This document shows, one piece after another, positions 7,387-18,140 of a stretch of 64,000 nucleotides of DNA (its first letter is position 1; each line of letters starts with the position of its first letter). This stretch comes from Candidatus Poribacteria bacterium. Lineage in GTDB: Bacteria > Poribacteria > WGA-4E > WGA-3G. Made by a program: the position numbers and the translations under genes. The stretch is from positions 5,568,001 to 5,632,000 of the forward strand of contig OZ242029.1 of the NCBI GenBank assembly GCA_965205015.1, written 5' to 3'. Below the pieces are notes generated by a model, which saw nothing but the letters and a program-made list of their open reading frames with translations, did no database searches and was not told where the DNA came from.

Positions 7387-10044
7387 ATGACATCAGATGA
7401 AATTAGATCCAATTTCTTAGAATACTTCCGTAAACACGGGCATACTATCGTGCCGAGTGCGTCCTTGATACCAGCAGACGACCCGACGCTGTTGTTCACG
7501 AATGCGGGTATGAATCAATTCAAAGATGTGTTTCTCGGTATTGGACAGCGGGAGTACACGCGCGCCGTTGACACACAAAAATGTCTGCGCGTCAGTGGTA
7601 AACACAACGATCTCGAAGAGGTCGGTTATTCACCAAGCCACCATACCTTCTTTGAGATGCTCGGAAACTGGTCGTTCGGCGATTATTACAAACAGGAAGC
7701 TATCGCTTTCGCGTGGGAATTGGTGATCGAACTTTGGCAGATTCCGAAGGAGCGGCTCTGGGCGACGGTCTATCTCGAAGACGATGAAGCCGAAAAACTC
7801 TGGCTCCAAGAGACTGACCTTCCGCTCTCGCGCATCCGCCGTTGTGATAAGGACAATTTTTGGGAAATGGGTGAAACGGGTCCCTGCGGTCCTTGCAGCG
7901 AACTCTTTGTTGACATGGGCGTAGACGCCTATCCTGAAACCGCAAACGACCCAGACGCAGGTCCCAATACAAGCGATCGCTTCAGAGAATTTTGGAATCT
8001 GGTGTTCATTCAATACAACCGAAACGAAGACGGCACGCTTGAACCCCTGCCCGCAACACATGTAGATACAGGCATGGGCTTTGAACGCATCACCTCCATA
8101 TTGCAAGGTGTTGACTCAAACTACAAGACGGATCTGTTTACACCCCTTTTGGCAACCATTGCGGATATGACAGACACCGCCTATTTCGATGATGAACGCG
8201 GGCTACCCCACCGAGTCATCGCTGACCATATCCGGTGTTTGACTTTTGCCATCGGCGACGGTGTTATGCCCTCTAACGAGGGGCGAGGCTATGTCATCCG
8301 CAGGATCTTGCGACGCGCGGTGCTTTATGGCAAGAAATTAGGGATGAACGAAGCGTTCATCTATCGGCTTGTTGATAACGTCATCGAATTGCTCGGCGAT
8401 GTATTTCCCGATGTGCTGCCACGCCATGAGTTTATCACTCGCACGATTCAGGGTGAGGAACACCGTTTTCATCAAACAATCGAACGCGGTTTGGAACTCC
8501 TCGATCGCTCATTTGACACGCTTACGGATCAGAACGGTACACAGATTGATGGAAAGCGGGCGTTTGAGTTGTATGACACCTTCGGATTTCCACTTGATTT
8601 GACCCAGATGCTCGCACGTGAGCGTGGGTTCACCGTTGACGACGCAGGCTTTGAAGACAGTATGGAAGAACAACGCGCGCGTGGACGGGCGGCATGGGAA
8701 GATAGAGGGGGTGCCAAAGACGAAGAGATCTCTGTTTACGCCGAAGTCCTCAAAGAACATGGCGAAACGGAATTCGTTGGCTACACGCGAAATAACATCG
8801 ACGCAGAAATCGTTGCTTTAATCGCCAACGCGGAATCTGTAGCCAGCGCGCAACAGGGAGATGAGGTATTTGTCCTACTGAACCGAACGCCTTTTTACGG
8901 TGAATCGGGTGGACAAGTCGGTGATGTCGGCACAATTGAGAGTGAAGATGCGAGGTTGACGGTAGAAGATACACGCAAACCCTCAGCGGACTTAGTTGTT
9001 CATAAATGTAAGGTCCTTGAGGGTGAAATCACACCATACACCGCCGTGCAAGCACAAATAGATATTGAACGCCGGAACGCTGTCGCCATCAGCCATACAG
9101 CGACACACCTTCTACACAGCGGATTGCGGGAAGTACTCGGCACACATGTCGCACAATCCGGTTCACTCGTTGAAGCGGGTAGATTGCGGTTCGACTTCTC
9201 ACACTACGAATCTGTTTCACCAGAACAATTGCGAGACATTGAGGAATTCGTCAACGAAAAAATTCGCGGAAACGACGCCTTGTCTATCAGCGAAATGTCG
9301 TTAGATGCAGCGAAATCGAAAGGGGCTTTAGCCTTCTTTGGCGATAAATACGGCGACATTGTGCGCGTTGTGCAAGCCGGCAGTTATAGCGTTGAACTCT
9401 GCGGGGGCACCCATGTTGACGCAACCGGCGAACTCGGCTTTGTGAAACTGATGAGCGAAAGTAGTATCGCTGCAGGGGTCCGACGCGTTGAGGCACTGAC
9501 AGGTACTGCCGCGGTGGCAACGGTTCAAGAAGATACTGCGCTCCTCACCAATGTGGCGAATCTGCTGAAAACGCCCAAAGCTGCGCTGCCCGAACGGATC
9601 GAACGCTTACTTCAGGAACAACGGGAATTAGAACAACACATTCAACACCTCAAAAGCCAGCAAGCGCTTGCCAACGTCGGCAGCTTGGTCGACGGTGCAA
9701 CACGTGTCGAAGATGTGCGGGTCGTTGCGTCCCTGGTAACAGACGCGGATCGGAACGGGTTACGGAAACTCGTCGATGAACTCAAAACGCGCTTAGAATC
9801 TGGGGTCGTTGCCCTCGCAGCTGTGTCAGGAAACGAAGTTGCCTTCGTGGTGGGCGTAACACCGGACTTGGTGAAGAACCGAGATTTGCATGCGGGTAAA
9901 ATCGTCTCCGAACTCACCCAACTGGCTGACGGTCGCGGGGGTGGACGTCCAGAACTCGCCCAAGGGGGTGGCAAGAATCCGAGTAAGGTGAACACAGCAC
10001 TTGCGAAAACCAGCGAAATCGTCGGACAACACCTTAAAGCTTAA
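7387..10044 (+). CDS. alaS: Alanine--tRNA ligase
   Basis: DPTLLFTNAGMNQFK, HHTFFEMLGNWSFGDY, editing motifs HTATHLLH and ELCGGTH, C-terminal GGGRPELAQGGG. Confidence 0.99.
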   Translation: MTSDEIRSNFLEYFRKHGHTIVPSASLIPADDPTLLFTNAGMNQFKDVFLGIGQREYTRAVDTQKCLRVSGKHNDLEEVGYSPSHHTFFEMLGNWSFGDYYKQEAIAFAWELVIELWQIPKERLWATVYLEDDEAEKLWLQETDLPLSRIRRCDKDNFWEMGETGPCGPCSELFVDMGVDAYPETANDPDAGPNTSDRFREFWNLVFIQYNRNEDGTLEPLPATHVDTGMGFERITSILQGVDSNYKTDLFTPLLATIADMTDTAYFDDERGLPHRVIADHIRCLTFAIGDGVMPSNEGRGYVIRRILRRAVLYGKKLGMNEAFIYRLVDNVIELLGDVFPDVLPRHEFITRTIQGEEHRFHQTIERGLELLDRSFDTLTDQNGTQIDGKRAFELYDTFGFPLDLTQMLARERGFTVDDAGFEDSMEEQRARGRAAWEDRGGAKDEEISVYAEVLKEHGETEFVGYTRNNIDAEIVALIANAESVASAQQGDEVFVLLNRTPFYGESGGQVGDVGTIESEDARLTVEDTRKPSADLVVHKCKVLEGEITPYTAVQAQIDIERRNAVAISHTATHLLHSGLREVLGTHVAQSGSLVEAGRLRFDFSHYESVSPEQLRDIEEFVNEKIRGNDALSISEMSLDAAKSKGALAFFGDKYGDIVRVVQAGSYSVELCGGTHVDATGELGFVKLMSESSIAAGVRRVEALTGTAAVATVQEDTALLTNVANLLKTPKAALPERIERLLQEQRELEQHIQHLKSQQALANVGSLVDGATRVEDVRVVASLVTDADRNGLRKLVDELKTRLESGVVALAAVSGNEVAFVVGVTPDLVKNRDLHAGKIVSELTQLADGRGGGRPELAQGGGKNPSKVNTALAKTSEIVGQHLKA

Positions 10045-10132
10045 ACTCGCAGATACCCGCCTTCTGCAAGTTAGATGTGTGTGAACAGTCGTTTACCAGA
10101 AGCGGTATCTTATATCCCACGAAGGAGAAGTT

Positions 10133-10690
10133 ATGGATTGGAGTTTGATTGCCTCACTTTTTTGGAAATTCAGCCTTGGTATTTTCCTAATGGCACTTAC
10201 CGCACTCGTCGGGTATATGTGCGCTGCCGTCGGGAGCCTCCGAAACTCCTTAAACAGCATGCGAAACACATTGAATTCCACAGAAAACATCGTTAATCAA
10301 GAGATCGGAGAATTGATTACCGACGTGGATAGGACGGTGAAAGAGGTGAACAAGGAACTACCCGAGCTCCTGCAAAATCTCAATGGGTTGACAGCCTCCT
10401 TACAAGGGATTAGCGAGTCCGAGATTCAACCGACTGTGCACAATATCCAAGAAATGAGTGGTGTCCTGAACCAAAGCATTCAAGAACTTGACGAATTGGT
10501 CCAAAAAGTGAGCGGTTTCTCTGGTCAGACGATCGAACAAGCCACGTTCTTCCGCAATCAGATAGCAATTTCACTCGCTGATGTCGTAAGTTTATGGCAG
10601 GGCATCAAAGCCGGATGGGATAGTTTCGGTTCCACGCAATCCTCCGAACCGGAAGAGGATGTTCCGATGTCTGTCGCGTCCAACGAATAA
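10133..10690 (+). CDS. DUF948/YoxC-like membrane-anchored coiled-coil protein (YtxG-like)
   Basis: N-terminal TM helix followed by a long amphipathic coiled coil. Adjacent to a YtxH-like gene. Confidence 0.6.
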   Translation: MDWSLIASLFWKFSLGIFLMALTALVGYMCAAVGSLRNSLNSMRNTLNSTENIVNQEIGELITDVDRTVKEVNKELPELLQNLNGLTASLQGISESEIQPTVHNIQEMSGVLNQSIQELDELVQKVSGFSGQTIEQATFFRNQIAISLADVVSLWQGIKAGWDSFGSTQSSEPEEDVPMSVASNE

Positions 10691-10793
10691 TTCAGGAAGT
10701 CAAAATTGTCAACCGCCTACATTAAGAGGTGGTCAACCTTTAAATCGCAACGGTACCGTATCAACAATCAACACGGTAAAGATTGATGATAAT

Positions 10794-10819
10794 TGAAACC
10801 TTCCACCCCGATTTTCGTA
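10794..10819 (+). promoter_or_regulatory. SigW-like ECF promoter TGAAAC-N16-CGTA upstream of the YtxH-like gene
   Basis: Exact match to the B. subtilis SigW consensus and spacing. Confidence 0.5.
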
Positions 10820-10929
10820 AATATGAACAGTGTGTTTTGGAAACTTGCAAGTTGCTCTAAAACGACTCCAAATTTGGAAATTCGCAAGCTACACCAAAAC
10901 AATTCCCACGTAATAGAAAGGATAAAACA

Positions 10930-11340
10930 ATGAGTAACAATGGACAGAACAACGGACTCGCAGTGGTTTTCGCCTTTTTTACCGGATTCATGGCAGGTGC
11001 GGTTATCAGCCTGCTCTATGCCCCGAGTTCCGGTAAGGAAACCCGACGAAAAATTCGTGACACTTCGATTGAAGCAAAAAATCGGACAGTTGAGTTCGCA
11101 AACCAAGCCACTGATAGCGCGCGGCAAGGCGTTGAGACTATCATGGAACAGGGTAGAGAAAGTGTTCACAGCATTGTAGACAGCGGAAAAGAACAAATCC
11201 AGCACGCAGGTGAACAAGTCAAAAGTGCTGTGGAAACAGGACGTAAAGTTTCCGCTGATGTCCGATCCAAAATCGCCGGGTCTATCCCGGGTATTGGTGA
11301 TGCCGAAGAAACCGATACAGAGGCTACCGAGGAAACCTAA
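10930..11340 (+). CDS. YtxH domain protein (general stress-type)
   Basis: F..GF.AGA.ISLLYAP.SGKETRRKI signature followed by LEA-like helical repeats. Confidence 0.88.
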   Translation: MSNNGQNNGLAVVFAFFTGFMAGAVISLLYAPSSGKETRRKIRDTSIEAKNRTVEFANQATDSARQGVETIMEQGRESVHSIVDSGKEQIQHAGEQVKSAVETGRKVSADVRSKIAGSIPGIGDAEETDTEATEET

Positions 11341-11439
11341 ACGTCTTTTCGATGCATACGGACGGAAACAAAAGCCGCTCATCTTAGGCTCGTTCCTACC
11401 GTTAGAGTGAATTCGTAGACGCGCCGCGCTATTAAATGA

Positions 11440-12192
11440 ATGGAAATTGAAAAGTTGAGAATCCTGCTTGAACAGGTCAAAGGCGGAGAGATGGCAGTGG
11501 AGGATGCCCTGCAATCCCTCCGCACGCTTCCTTTTGAAGATTTAGGATTTTCAAAAATCGATCATCATCGTCAACTTCGCACTGGATTTCCTGAAGTCAT
11601 CTTCTGTCAAGGAAAAACAGTGGAACACGTCAAACAGATAAGTGAACGCATCCTCGCCGCAGGACATCCCCTCCTCGCCACGCGCGCCACACTTGACATG
11701 TATAAAGCCGTAAAAGAAGTTCAACCCACCGCCCGCTATAATGAACTTGGCAGAACGATCACCGTCTCGCAATCCGAGGAAGATACTGGTGTTTCAGGTA
11801 TACTTGTTGTTTCTGCAGGTACCTCCGACTTACCTGTAGCCGAGGAAGCCGCCGAAACCGCGCGGATGATGGGAAATCAACCGGAACGTCTTTATGACGT
11901 CGGTGTGGCAGGATTACACAGACTCATGAGCAATCACGAGAAACTCCTGAGCGCGCGGGTAATCATCGTCGTTGCGGGGATGGAAGGCGCACTTCCGAGC
12001 GTTGTCGGAGGATTGGTGGATTGCCCTGTCATCGCAGTCCCGACGAGCATCGGTTACGGTGCCAGTTTCGGCGGACTCGCGGCTCTATTAGGGATGCTAA
12101 ACAGTTGCGCGTCTGGTGTCACTGTTGTGAATATTGATAACGGTTTTGGGGCAGGCTATAGCGCGGCACTTATCAACCGACTCAGCGCGTAA
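11440..12192 (+). CDS. larB: Nickel pincer cofactor biosynthesis protein LarB (PurE-like)
   Basis: [64 protein letters not shown]. Confidence 0.93.
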   Translation: MEIEKLRILLEQVKGGEMAVEDALQSLRTLPFEDLGFSKIDHHRQLRTGFPEVIFCQGKTVEHVKQISERILAAGHPLLATRATLDMYKAVKEVQPTARYNELGRTITVSQSEEDTGVSGILVVSAGTSDLPVAEEAAETARMMGNQPERLYDVGVAGLHRLMSNHEKLLSARVIIVVAGMEGALPSVVGGLVDCPVIAVPTSIGYGASFGGLAALLGMLNSCASGVTVVNIDNGFGAGYSAALINRLSA

Positions 12193-12200
12193 TGTACCGG

Positions 12201-12803
12201 TTATTCCCTATACGAAACGCCTTCCGCCTTTTCCTCATCTGCGATCCTCAACACAACACTTGCACGCTTAGGCGTTCCTTGCGAACTGCACTCCGCTTTT
12301 AATCGCACAACGTCAGCATTGATGCTGAGGGTGATAACATCAGTTCCAATTTTGCACCGGATGTGGTACGGAACTGATTCAGAACGACTGTGTCCATAAG
12401 AACGCGATTGCCATGTTAAACCGGACGCCTCCGCGTATGTTATGAGCGCTGTTTCGGCAGCTTTTGCGATGTCCTCCCCTGCGTTAAGGACATCTTTTGC
12501 CGCATTTGCCGCTCTGTTTACAGCGTCGTCCAAGCGTTCCTGAACCGCTTTTGTGTCTTTTGCGTCTGCATCATCAATCTCTTTGCTCTTTCGTAAAGCG
12601 ACATAGACCACCGCTCCAAGCACACAAAGGAAAACGGCGGTACTCAGGATAACGGTGCCTCGCAACTCACGACGGCGCGTCATGCTCTCAAAATCCTCGC
12701 GATGGTGTGGATAGAACGCATCGTGTGCAAAAATCGGCGTACACCAGCACAATATACCGATCGCTAATAACAGTAGCGGAGAAAAGAAAAATTTTCGGAG
12801 CAT
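12201..12803 (-). CDS. Hypothetical membrane protein (signal peptide, one TM helix, Ala-rich coiled coil)
   Basis: Hydrophobic N-terminus and an internal TM segment. No recognisable family. Confidence 0.55.
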   Translation of the reverse strand: MLRKFFFSPLLLLAIGILCWCTPIFAHDAFYPHHREDFESMTRRRELRGTVILSTAVFLCVLGAVVYVALRKSKEIDDADAKDTKAVQERLDDAVNRAANAAKDVLNAGEDIAKAAETALITYAEASGLTWQSRSYGHSRSESVPYHIRCKIGTDVITLSINADVVRLKAECSSQGTPKRASVVLRIADEEKAEGVSYRE

Positions 12804-13009
12804 CAATGTGTACCTGCCTTGACATCCAGTATAGCACAAGAAATCGGAATGTCAATTCTGTATACGCCAATAGGCAGGGTCATTCAATTGTTAAATTGTC
12901 TGAATCGCGGAGGACGCGGATTTTTAAATCTTTGGTCCCCCAGAACCCTTATGAAATTTGGGGAATCTCATGGAGAATTGAATGGCTTTGGCCTTAATGC
13001 ATGAAAAAC

Positions 13010-13038
13010 TTGACCTAAAATCGTAATTTTGATAAAAT
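13010..13038 (+). promoter_or_regulatory. sigma70-like promoter (TTGACC-N17-TAAAAT) for the ABC permease/ATPase pair
   Basis: Motif and 17-nt spacing read directly. Confidence 0.6.
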
Positions 13039-13079
13039 ATATGTAAATAAATACAAATCAAGGATAAGGAGATAGGGAT

Positions 13080-13757
13080 TTGCAGCAAAGAACACCAATT
13101 GAAGAACAAATTGATCTCCCGTTTGTAGAATCTTTACGCATTAGCTTTCAGAGTTTGAAAATCCGTTTTGGGCGTTCAATCATCACGACGGCTGGTATCA
13201 CACTCGGTATTGCATTCTTAGTCTCAGTTTGGACGAATAATGAAATCGGTCTCGCCCTCCAAGAGAGCGGACGCCAATCCGCAATTAATACCTTTGAAGA
13301 GACAACGGAAAAAGGCATCTCCACAAAAGATATCTGGTTGATTATCATGTCATTGATTGTCTGCGTTGTCGGTATTGCAAACTCAATGCTAATGGCGGTG
13401 ACAGAACGTTTCCGTGAGATTGGCACGATGAAATGTCTCGGGGCGTTAGACGGGTTCGTGGTTAGACTGTTCCTCCTTGAATCAGGATTTCAAGGGTTTT
13501 CGGGAGCACTCATCGGCGCGCTGATCGGAACGCTGGGCGCAGTACTTTTAGGGCTTAAAGATTACGGGTTAGACCTATTCTTCTATTTCCCACTGTTACC
13601 CGCGCAGCCTGAAGATGGAACAATGCGGCTCGGTGTTATCGTCGTCATCCTACTTGGATGTATTTTGGGCATGATTCTGGCAGTGATCGGATCCTCGTTT
13701 CCTGCATGGCGTGCGGCGAAACTTCCGCCTGCTGAAGCAATGCGTACCGAGGTATAG
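13080..13757 (+). CDS. ABC transporter permease, FtsX/MacB-like (short, no large periplasmic domain)
   Basis: GIANSMLMAVTERFREIGTMKCLGA and PAWRAAKLPPAEAMR. Confidence 0.88.
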   Translation: MQQRTPIEEQIDLPFVESLRISFQSLKIRFGRSIITTAGITLGIAFLVSVWTNNEIGLALQESGRQSAINTFEETTEKGISTKDIWLIIMSLIVCVVGIANSMLMAVTERFREIGTMKCLGALDGFVVRLFLLESGFQGFSGALIGALIGTLGAVLLGLKDYGLDLFFYFPLLPAQPEDGTMRLGVIVVILLGCILGMILAVIGSSFPAWRAAKLPPAEAMRTEV

Positions 13758-13772
13758 GTACGGAGGACAATT

Positions 13773-14507
13773 ATGGCTGATATCGTTGTGAAAACTGAAG
13801 ATGTTGTCAAAGAATATCGCATGGGTTCAAACATTCTTCGTGCTTTGGACGGCATCAACATTGAGATTGAACGCGGGGAATATATTTCGTTGATGGGTCC
13901 CTCGGGTTCGGGCAAATCTACGCTCTTTAATATGATCGGTGCACTCGATCGGCCGACGGAGGGGCAAGTTTACATCGACGGACAAAATATGTCCCATCTT
14001 TCGCAAAGACAAATTGCGGCGTTTCGGTGCCATCGCGTGGGCTATATTTTTCAAAGTTACAATTTACTGCACGTGCGGAGCGCGCATGGAAATGTAACAC
14101 TACCGATGATCTTCGCTGGTATCCCTGAAAAACAACGCAATGAAAAAGCCGAACAGTTGCTGGATATGGTAGGATTGGGAGATCGAATGTACCATCTCCC
14201 TGACGAACTTTCAGGGGGTCAGCGTCAACGCGTCGCCATCGCCAGAGCACTCGCGAACGATCCGAGCATCGTTCTCGCCGACGAACCCACAGCAAACCTC
14301 GATACAATCACGGGACGTGAGATTATTGACCTCATTAAACGCCTGAATAACGAACAAGGGGTCACTGTTATTTCGGCAACACACGATCTGAAGATGCTTG
14401 ATGTCTCTGACCGGATTGTGGATATCCGAGACGGGCTTGTGGAACGCGTCAGGAACCGAGACGAAATTGACATCGAGGTCGGCGAAGTCGGCGGTGCAGG
14501 TCACTAA
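13773..14507 (+). CDS. ABC transporter ATP-binding protein, LolD/MacB-like
   Basis: [34 protein letters not shown]. Confidence 0.94.
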   Translation: MADIVVKTEDVVKEYRMGSNILRALDGINIEIERGEYISLMGPSGSGKSTLFNMIGALDRPTEGQVYIDGQNMSHLSQRQIAAFRCHRVGYIFQSYNLLHVRSAHGNVTLPMIFAGIPEKQRNEKAEQLLDMVGLGDRMYHLPDELSGGQRQRVAIARALANDPSIVLADEPTANLDTITGREIIDLIKRLNNEQGVTVISATHDLKMLDVSDRIVDIRDGLVERVRNRDEIDIEVGEVGGAGH

Positions 14508-14513
14508 AAATCG

Positions 14514-15533
14514 TTAAATTTCTGACAAGAGAACAGGTCGATTTTCGCGAAGCGACTTCAACGCTGCGAAACCCATCACGACAGGTGCCCGACCATCCTC
14601 ACCTGTAACCGGCGGCGGCGTGTCTTCCTGAATGCACGTAAAGAACGCTTGCAACTCTGAAAGAAATGCCAGCTTGTAGCGTTCAACAAAGAAATACGGA
14701 GGGGACGCAGCGCGTGTCCCTTCACTCCCACTAAAAGTGACGGTATCGGTCAGTGGATTCGCCGCCGTAACCATCCCTTTTGAACCGAACACCTCAACAC
14801 GCTGGTCGTAACCGTAGACGGCCTCCCTGCTGTTATCAATCGTTGCGATAACCCCGTTTTGGAACCGTAAAGTGATTACCGTGGTGTCGATGTCACCCGC
14901 TTCACCGATTTTCGGATCCACGCGCACACCCCCCGCCGCATATACCTCAACAACCTCGTCCCCAATGAGATAGCGCGCCATATCGAAATCGTGGATCGTC
15001 ATGTCAAGAAAAATCCCACCGGAGACCTTGACGTATTCAATCGGTGGTGGTGACGGATCCCGGCTCGTGATTCGCATGATGTGCGGCTCGCCAATCTCGC
15101 CCGAGGTAACCGCTTCGCGGACACGGGTGAAACTGGCATCAAACCGACGGTTGAAACCGACTTGAAACTTAACGCCTGCTTTCTCAACAATCGCCAAAGT
15201 TTCATCAATCTGTTCCAAATCCAAGGAGATCGGTTTCTCACAAAAGACGTGTTTCCCCGCTTTTGCGGCGGCTTGACTAATTTCTACGTGGGTATCCGTT
15301 GAAGAGGCGACAAGCACCGCACCAATTTGTGGGTCCGCCAAGAGGGTGTTGTAATCGGTTGTCACTTTCGGCACATTGAACTGTTCGGCGAGAGATTCGA
15401 CATTGGTGGCATCTAAACTGCAAATCGCGAGCAGTTCGACTTCAGGTATGTTCTGAGCAAGATGTTCAATGTGCAGTTTACCGATGCGTCCTGCACCGAT
15501 GACACCAACACCAATTTTCGAGGATTTGTTCAT
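14514..15533 (-). CDS. iolG: Inositol 2-dehydrogenase
   Basis: IGAGRIG, CEKP, GFNRRFD, ITSRDP.PPP..Y...SGGIFLDMTIHDFD, YGYDQRVEVFGS. Confidence 0.92.
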   Translation of the reverse strand: MNKSSKIGVGVIGAGRIGKLHIEHLAQNIPEVELLAICSLDATNVESLAEQFNVPKVTTDYNTLLADPQIGAVLVASSTDTHVEISQAAAKAGKHVFCEKPISLDLEQIDETLAIVEKAGVKFQVGFNRRFDASFTRVREAVTSGEIGEPHIMRITSRDPSPPPIEYVKVSGGIFLDMTIHDFDMARYLIGDEVVEVYAAGGVRVDPKIGEAGDIDTTVITLRFQNGVIATIDNSREAVYGYDQRVEVFGSKGMVTAANPLTDTVTFSGSEGTRAASPPYFFVERYKLAFLSELQAFFTCIQEDTPPPVTGEDGRAPVVMGFAALKSLRENRPVLLSEI

Positions 15534-15565
15534 CAAAGACCTTTCTTATGTAGATTCTATTAATG

Positions 15566-16459
15566 CTACACAATTGAATTCAGATACCGCAGATTCCGCG
15601 CCGCGCTCTCATAAGGACTCCCCATTCCGGGTAAGACATCCTGCTCGACGACGATCCAGCCATCGTAGTCTCGCTTCCGTAATTCTGCAAGGAACGCGGG
15701 GAAATCAACGTCTCCCTTGCCGAGTTCGCAGAAAACGCCGTTGCCAACAGAGTCGAAATAATCCCACGCATTCTTACGAGAACGGGCAGCGACATCGGGA
15801 TGGCAATCCTTGAAATGGACATGCCAGACCCGCTCAGCGTGACGGGCATACGCTTCAATCGGATCACCACCACCGAATCGGTAATGTCCTGTATCGAAAC
15901 ACAACCCAATGAGGCTGGGATCGGTGCGTTCCAACAACGTGTCCACTTCCGCCGCTGTCTCTACATATCCCGCACAATGTGGATGGAAAACCGTGCGGAG
16001 TCCTGTCTCGTCTCGGACCGATCGGGCGATACGGTGCGCGCCCTGTATAAACGTATCCCACTGCGCGGGTGTCAATCCATGTTCAGGACGGACACGACCG
16101 GCATAGCGGGTACGCAGTTCCGTGGTGGCGTTGTCATCCGAAAGCACGATGAAGGGTGTTTCACCGGCGACATCTGCCAACAAACGGGCGTGACGCAGCG
16201 CCGCTTTTTCACCTGCATCATGTGTCTCCTCATCGGCGAGTGCGACCCCTACGAACGCGCCTAACAGCGTTAGCTCACGCTTCTTCAATTCGGCACGGAG
16301 GTGTCCTGCATCCGTCGGCATAAACCCCCAATCGCCTAATTCGGTGCCGAGGTAACCGATGGTGTGCATCTCGTCTAACACTTGCGCGTAACCTGGAGCT
16401 TCCCCATCCAACTCAAACTCAAGTACACCCCACGAACACGGGGCATTTGCGATTTTCAT
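15566..16459 (-). CDS. iolE: Myo-inosose-2 dehydratase / xylose-isomerase-like TIM barrel
   Basis: ANAPCSWG, G..GTELG, FHPH.A..VET, CFDTGH, HVHFKD, WIVVEQD. Adjacent to iolG; start at ATG 16459. Confidence 0.78.
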   Translation of the reverse strand: MKIANAPCSWGVLEFELDGEAPGYAQVLDEMHTIGYLGTELGDWGFMPTDAGHLRAELKKRELTLLGAFVGVALADEETHDAGEKAALRHARLLADVAGETPFIVLSDDNATTELRTRYAGRVRPEHGLTPAQWDTFIQGAHRIARSVRDETGLRTVFHPHCAGYVETAAEVDTLLERTDPSLIGLCFDTGHYRFGGGDPIEAYARHAERVWHVHFKDCHPDVAARSRKNAWDYFDSVGNGVFCELGKGDVDFPAFLAELRKRDYDGWIVVEQDVLPGMGSPYESAARNLRYLNSIV

Positions 16460-16550
16460 AGAATTATAGACTCTCTTTTCCTTGAAATCTTTTCCAATCC
16501 ACTTGTGGTCGCCTATTCTCTCCCGCGTGCTGTCCACCGAACCCGATTCA

Positions 16551-16958
16551 TCAGTTAGTCGCGTGTTGTGATGTTACTGGATCTTCTGACAGATGTGCGG
16601 TTGTGTTTGCTGCTCCTGGCTTTCCGGTAGCCAGTGCAAGATTCGCATCTTCATCCATTATAGGTTGGATTGAAAGCCGATATCCGAGTGCGTTCAGAAC
16701 AGTGCCGAGCGCGTCAATCAGCGGTGTATCCGTATTAGATAGCGCGGCTGCTAAGGTTTGTGGCGAAATATCAGTGTGTTGCGTGAGTTTGGAAATCCCA
16801 CCCTGTGCTTCAACAACCGTTTTCAGGGCTTCCCGGACGATAAGCGTCTGTCCGAAACTGTAATAGTCATCAAGAATCGCTTGGAGATAATGAATCGCCT
16901 CCTCCCGGTCAGCGAGGTCTTCGATGAGACACTCTTGCCATGTCCTCATTTTTTTCAT
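16551..16958 (-). CDS. Addiction-module antidote, HTH (HI1420-like)
   Basis: AL..VVEAQGGISKL...T.IS.QTL..ALS...P....L..VL.ALG.RL. ATGA overlap with the toxin gene. Confidence 0.85.
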   Translation of the reverse strand: MKKMRTWQECLIEDLADREEAIHYLQAILDDYYSFGQTLIVREALKTVVEAQGGISKLTQHTDISPQTLAAALSNTDTPLIDALGTVLNALGYRLSIQPIMDEDANLALATGKPGAANTTAHLSEDPVTSQHATN

Positions 16959-17293
16959 AGGTTTTCCTCCTGGTATTTTAGCCAATAACTTTTTGCCCGT
17001 TCTATATCTTGTGTCTGTGATGACTTATCACCCCCACAAAGTAGAAGGATGATTGTATTCCTGATTTCACCAAAATAAATCCGATAACCTGCACCGAAGT
17101 GGAAACGCAATTCAAGGACCCCTTCCCCAACAAATTTGACATTCCCGAAATTTCCGAGTCTGAGTCGCTCCAATCCTGCCCGAATTCGAGCTCTTGTTTT
17201 TCTATCCTGAATTGATTTCAACCATTCATTGAAAGGTTCTTTATCGTTGGGTGCGCGATAGATTTGTATATTTCGTAGGCGTGGGGTCTGCAT
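16955..17293 (-). CDS. Addiction-module killer protein, RelE/ParE-like (HI1419-like)
   Basis: PF.EWL.SI.D...RARI...L.RLRLGNFG.VK.VGEGV.ELR.HFGAGYRIYF...LLCGGDKSSQ.QDI.RAK. Confidence 0.9.
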   Translation of the reverse strand: MQTPRLRNIQIYRAPNDKEPFNEWLKSIQDRKTRARIRAGLERLRLGNFGNVKFVGEGVLELRFHFGAGYRIYFGEIRNTIILLLCGGDKSSQTQDIERAKSYWLKYQEENL

Positions 17294-17304
17294 TGTTGAT
17301 GAAT

Positions 17305-17985
17305 CTAATGCTTTTCAAGTAGCTGCTTAAGATCCTCAATGAAATGCTCAAACAGCTTGACTTTATCACTCTCCTCAAGTGCTTCCGCTGTTAGCACATA
17401 CGTGCCATCAAGATCCACTTCTGCAATGATTCGTGGTTTTTTTGCAGTATCCATCCGCGTCAAGTCTTTGTCTCTATCAGGTGTAATCAAATAAACTTTG
17501 ATGTGTTTTGTATTCTCACTGTTCTGAAACTTGGACTTCCAGTAACTTGTTTGGACAACTCGTTCTCTCAAAGATGTTTTACTTGAAATAACAGCAATGA
17601 CTCGCGATTTCTCAGGTTCGTAAATAACAATGTCAGCATCAGGTAATAGTTCTCCAAATCTGCCGTAATTAATTGTCAAATTTTGCTTAACGGCAACCAA
17701 CTCTTGTGGTAGCCGTCGCCCCTTTAATTTCCTGCCGCCAATTACTTTTACTCCATGCGATTCAATTGCCTCTGTGATAATATGTTGGAGGAGCTTTTCA
17801 AAATTATTCCCGATGAAAGAACGCCAACTCTGACCTTTGTCTTTATCTGGAGCATGTATAGTAAGGTAGGCGTAGCGAAGTTCTCGTGCCTTTTCCAACA
17901 GTTCATGGATATATTTATAGGCTTCTGTTCCTCTCTCCACCACCATTTCGTCATACAAATTTTTCAAATCTTCAAAGCAATCCAC
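17305..17985 (-). CDS. BsaWI-like type II restriction endonuclease, paralogue 2
   Basis: QSWRSF.GNNFEKL, LPDADIVIY, ISSKTSLRER..QT.YWK. GTG start at 17985 with AGGAG RBS gives 226 aa. Confidence 0.78.
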   Translation of the reverse strand: MDCFEDLKNLYDEMVVERGTEAYKYIHELLEKARELRYAYLTIHAPDKDKGQSWRSFIGNNFEKLLQHIITEAIESHGVKVIGGRKLKGRRLPQELVAVKQNLTINYGRFGELLPDADIVIYEPEKSRVIAVISSKTSLRERVVQTSYWKSKFQNSENTKHIKVYLITPDRDKDLTRMDTAKKPRIIAEVDLDGTYVLTAEALEESDKVKLFEHFIEDLKQLLEKH

Positions 17986-18140
17986 AGTGCCTACTCCTTT
18001 AAAACAATAATGATGTACGTCAGTCAGATACATCTCTATCCTAGATGAATATAATACAAACCCCTTTTTTGTCTTGGACTCCCACTGCGCCGTGGTGAAT
18101 GTCCATACAAAAGTACTTTACATCCAAAGCAGATATAGCA

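Noticed and set aside
10718-10740. gtcaaccgcc... start as an IS200/IS605 omega-RNA (HEARO) end
   Set aside because: Similarity is limited to a few bases, and there is no IscB/TnpB ORF or extended structure.
10768-11514. 248-aa minus-strand ORF and many other antisense or alternate-frame ORFs in the track
   Set aside because: They shadow well-supported genes on the opposite strand or frame and show no family motifs.
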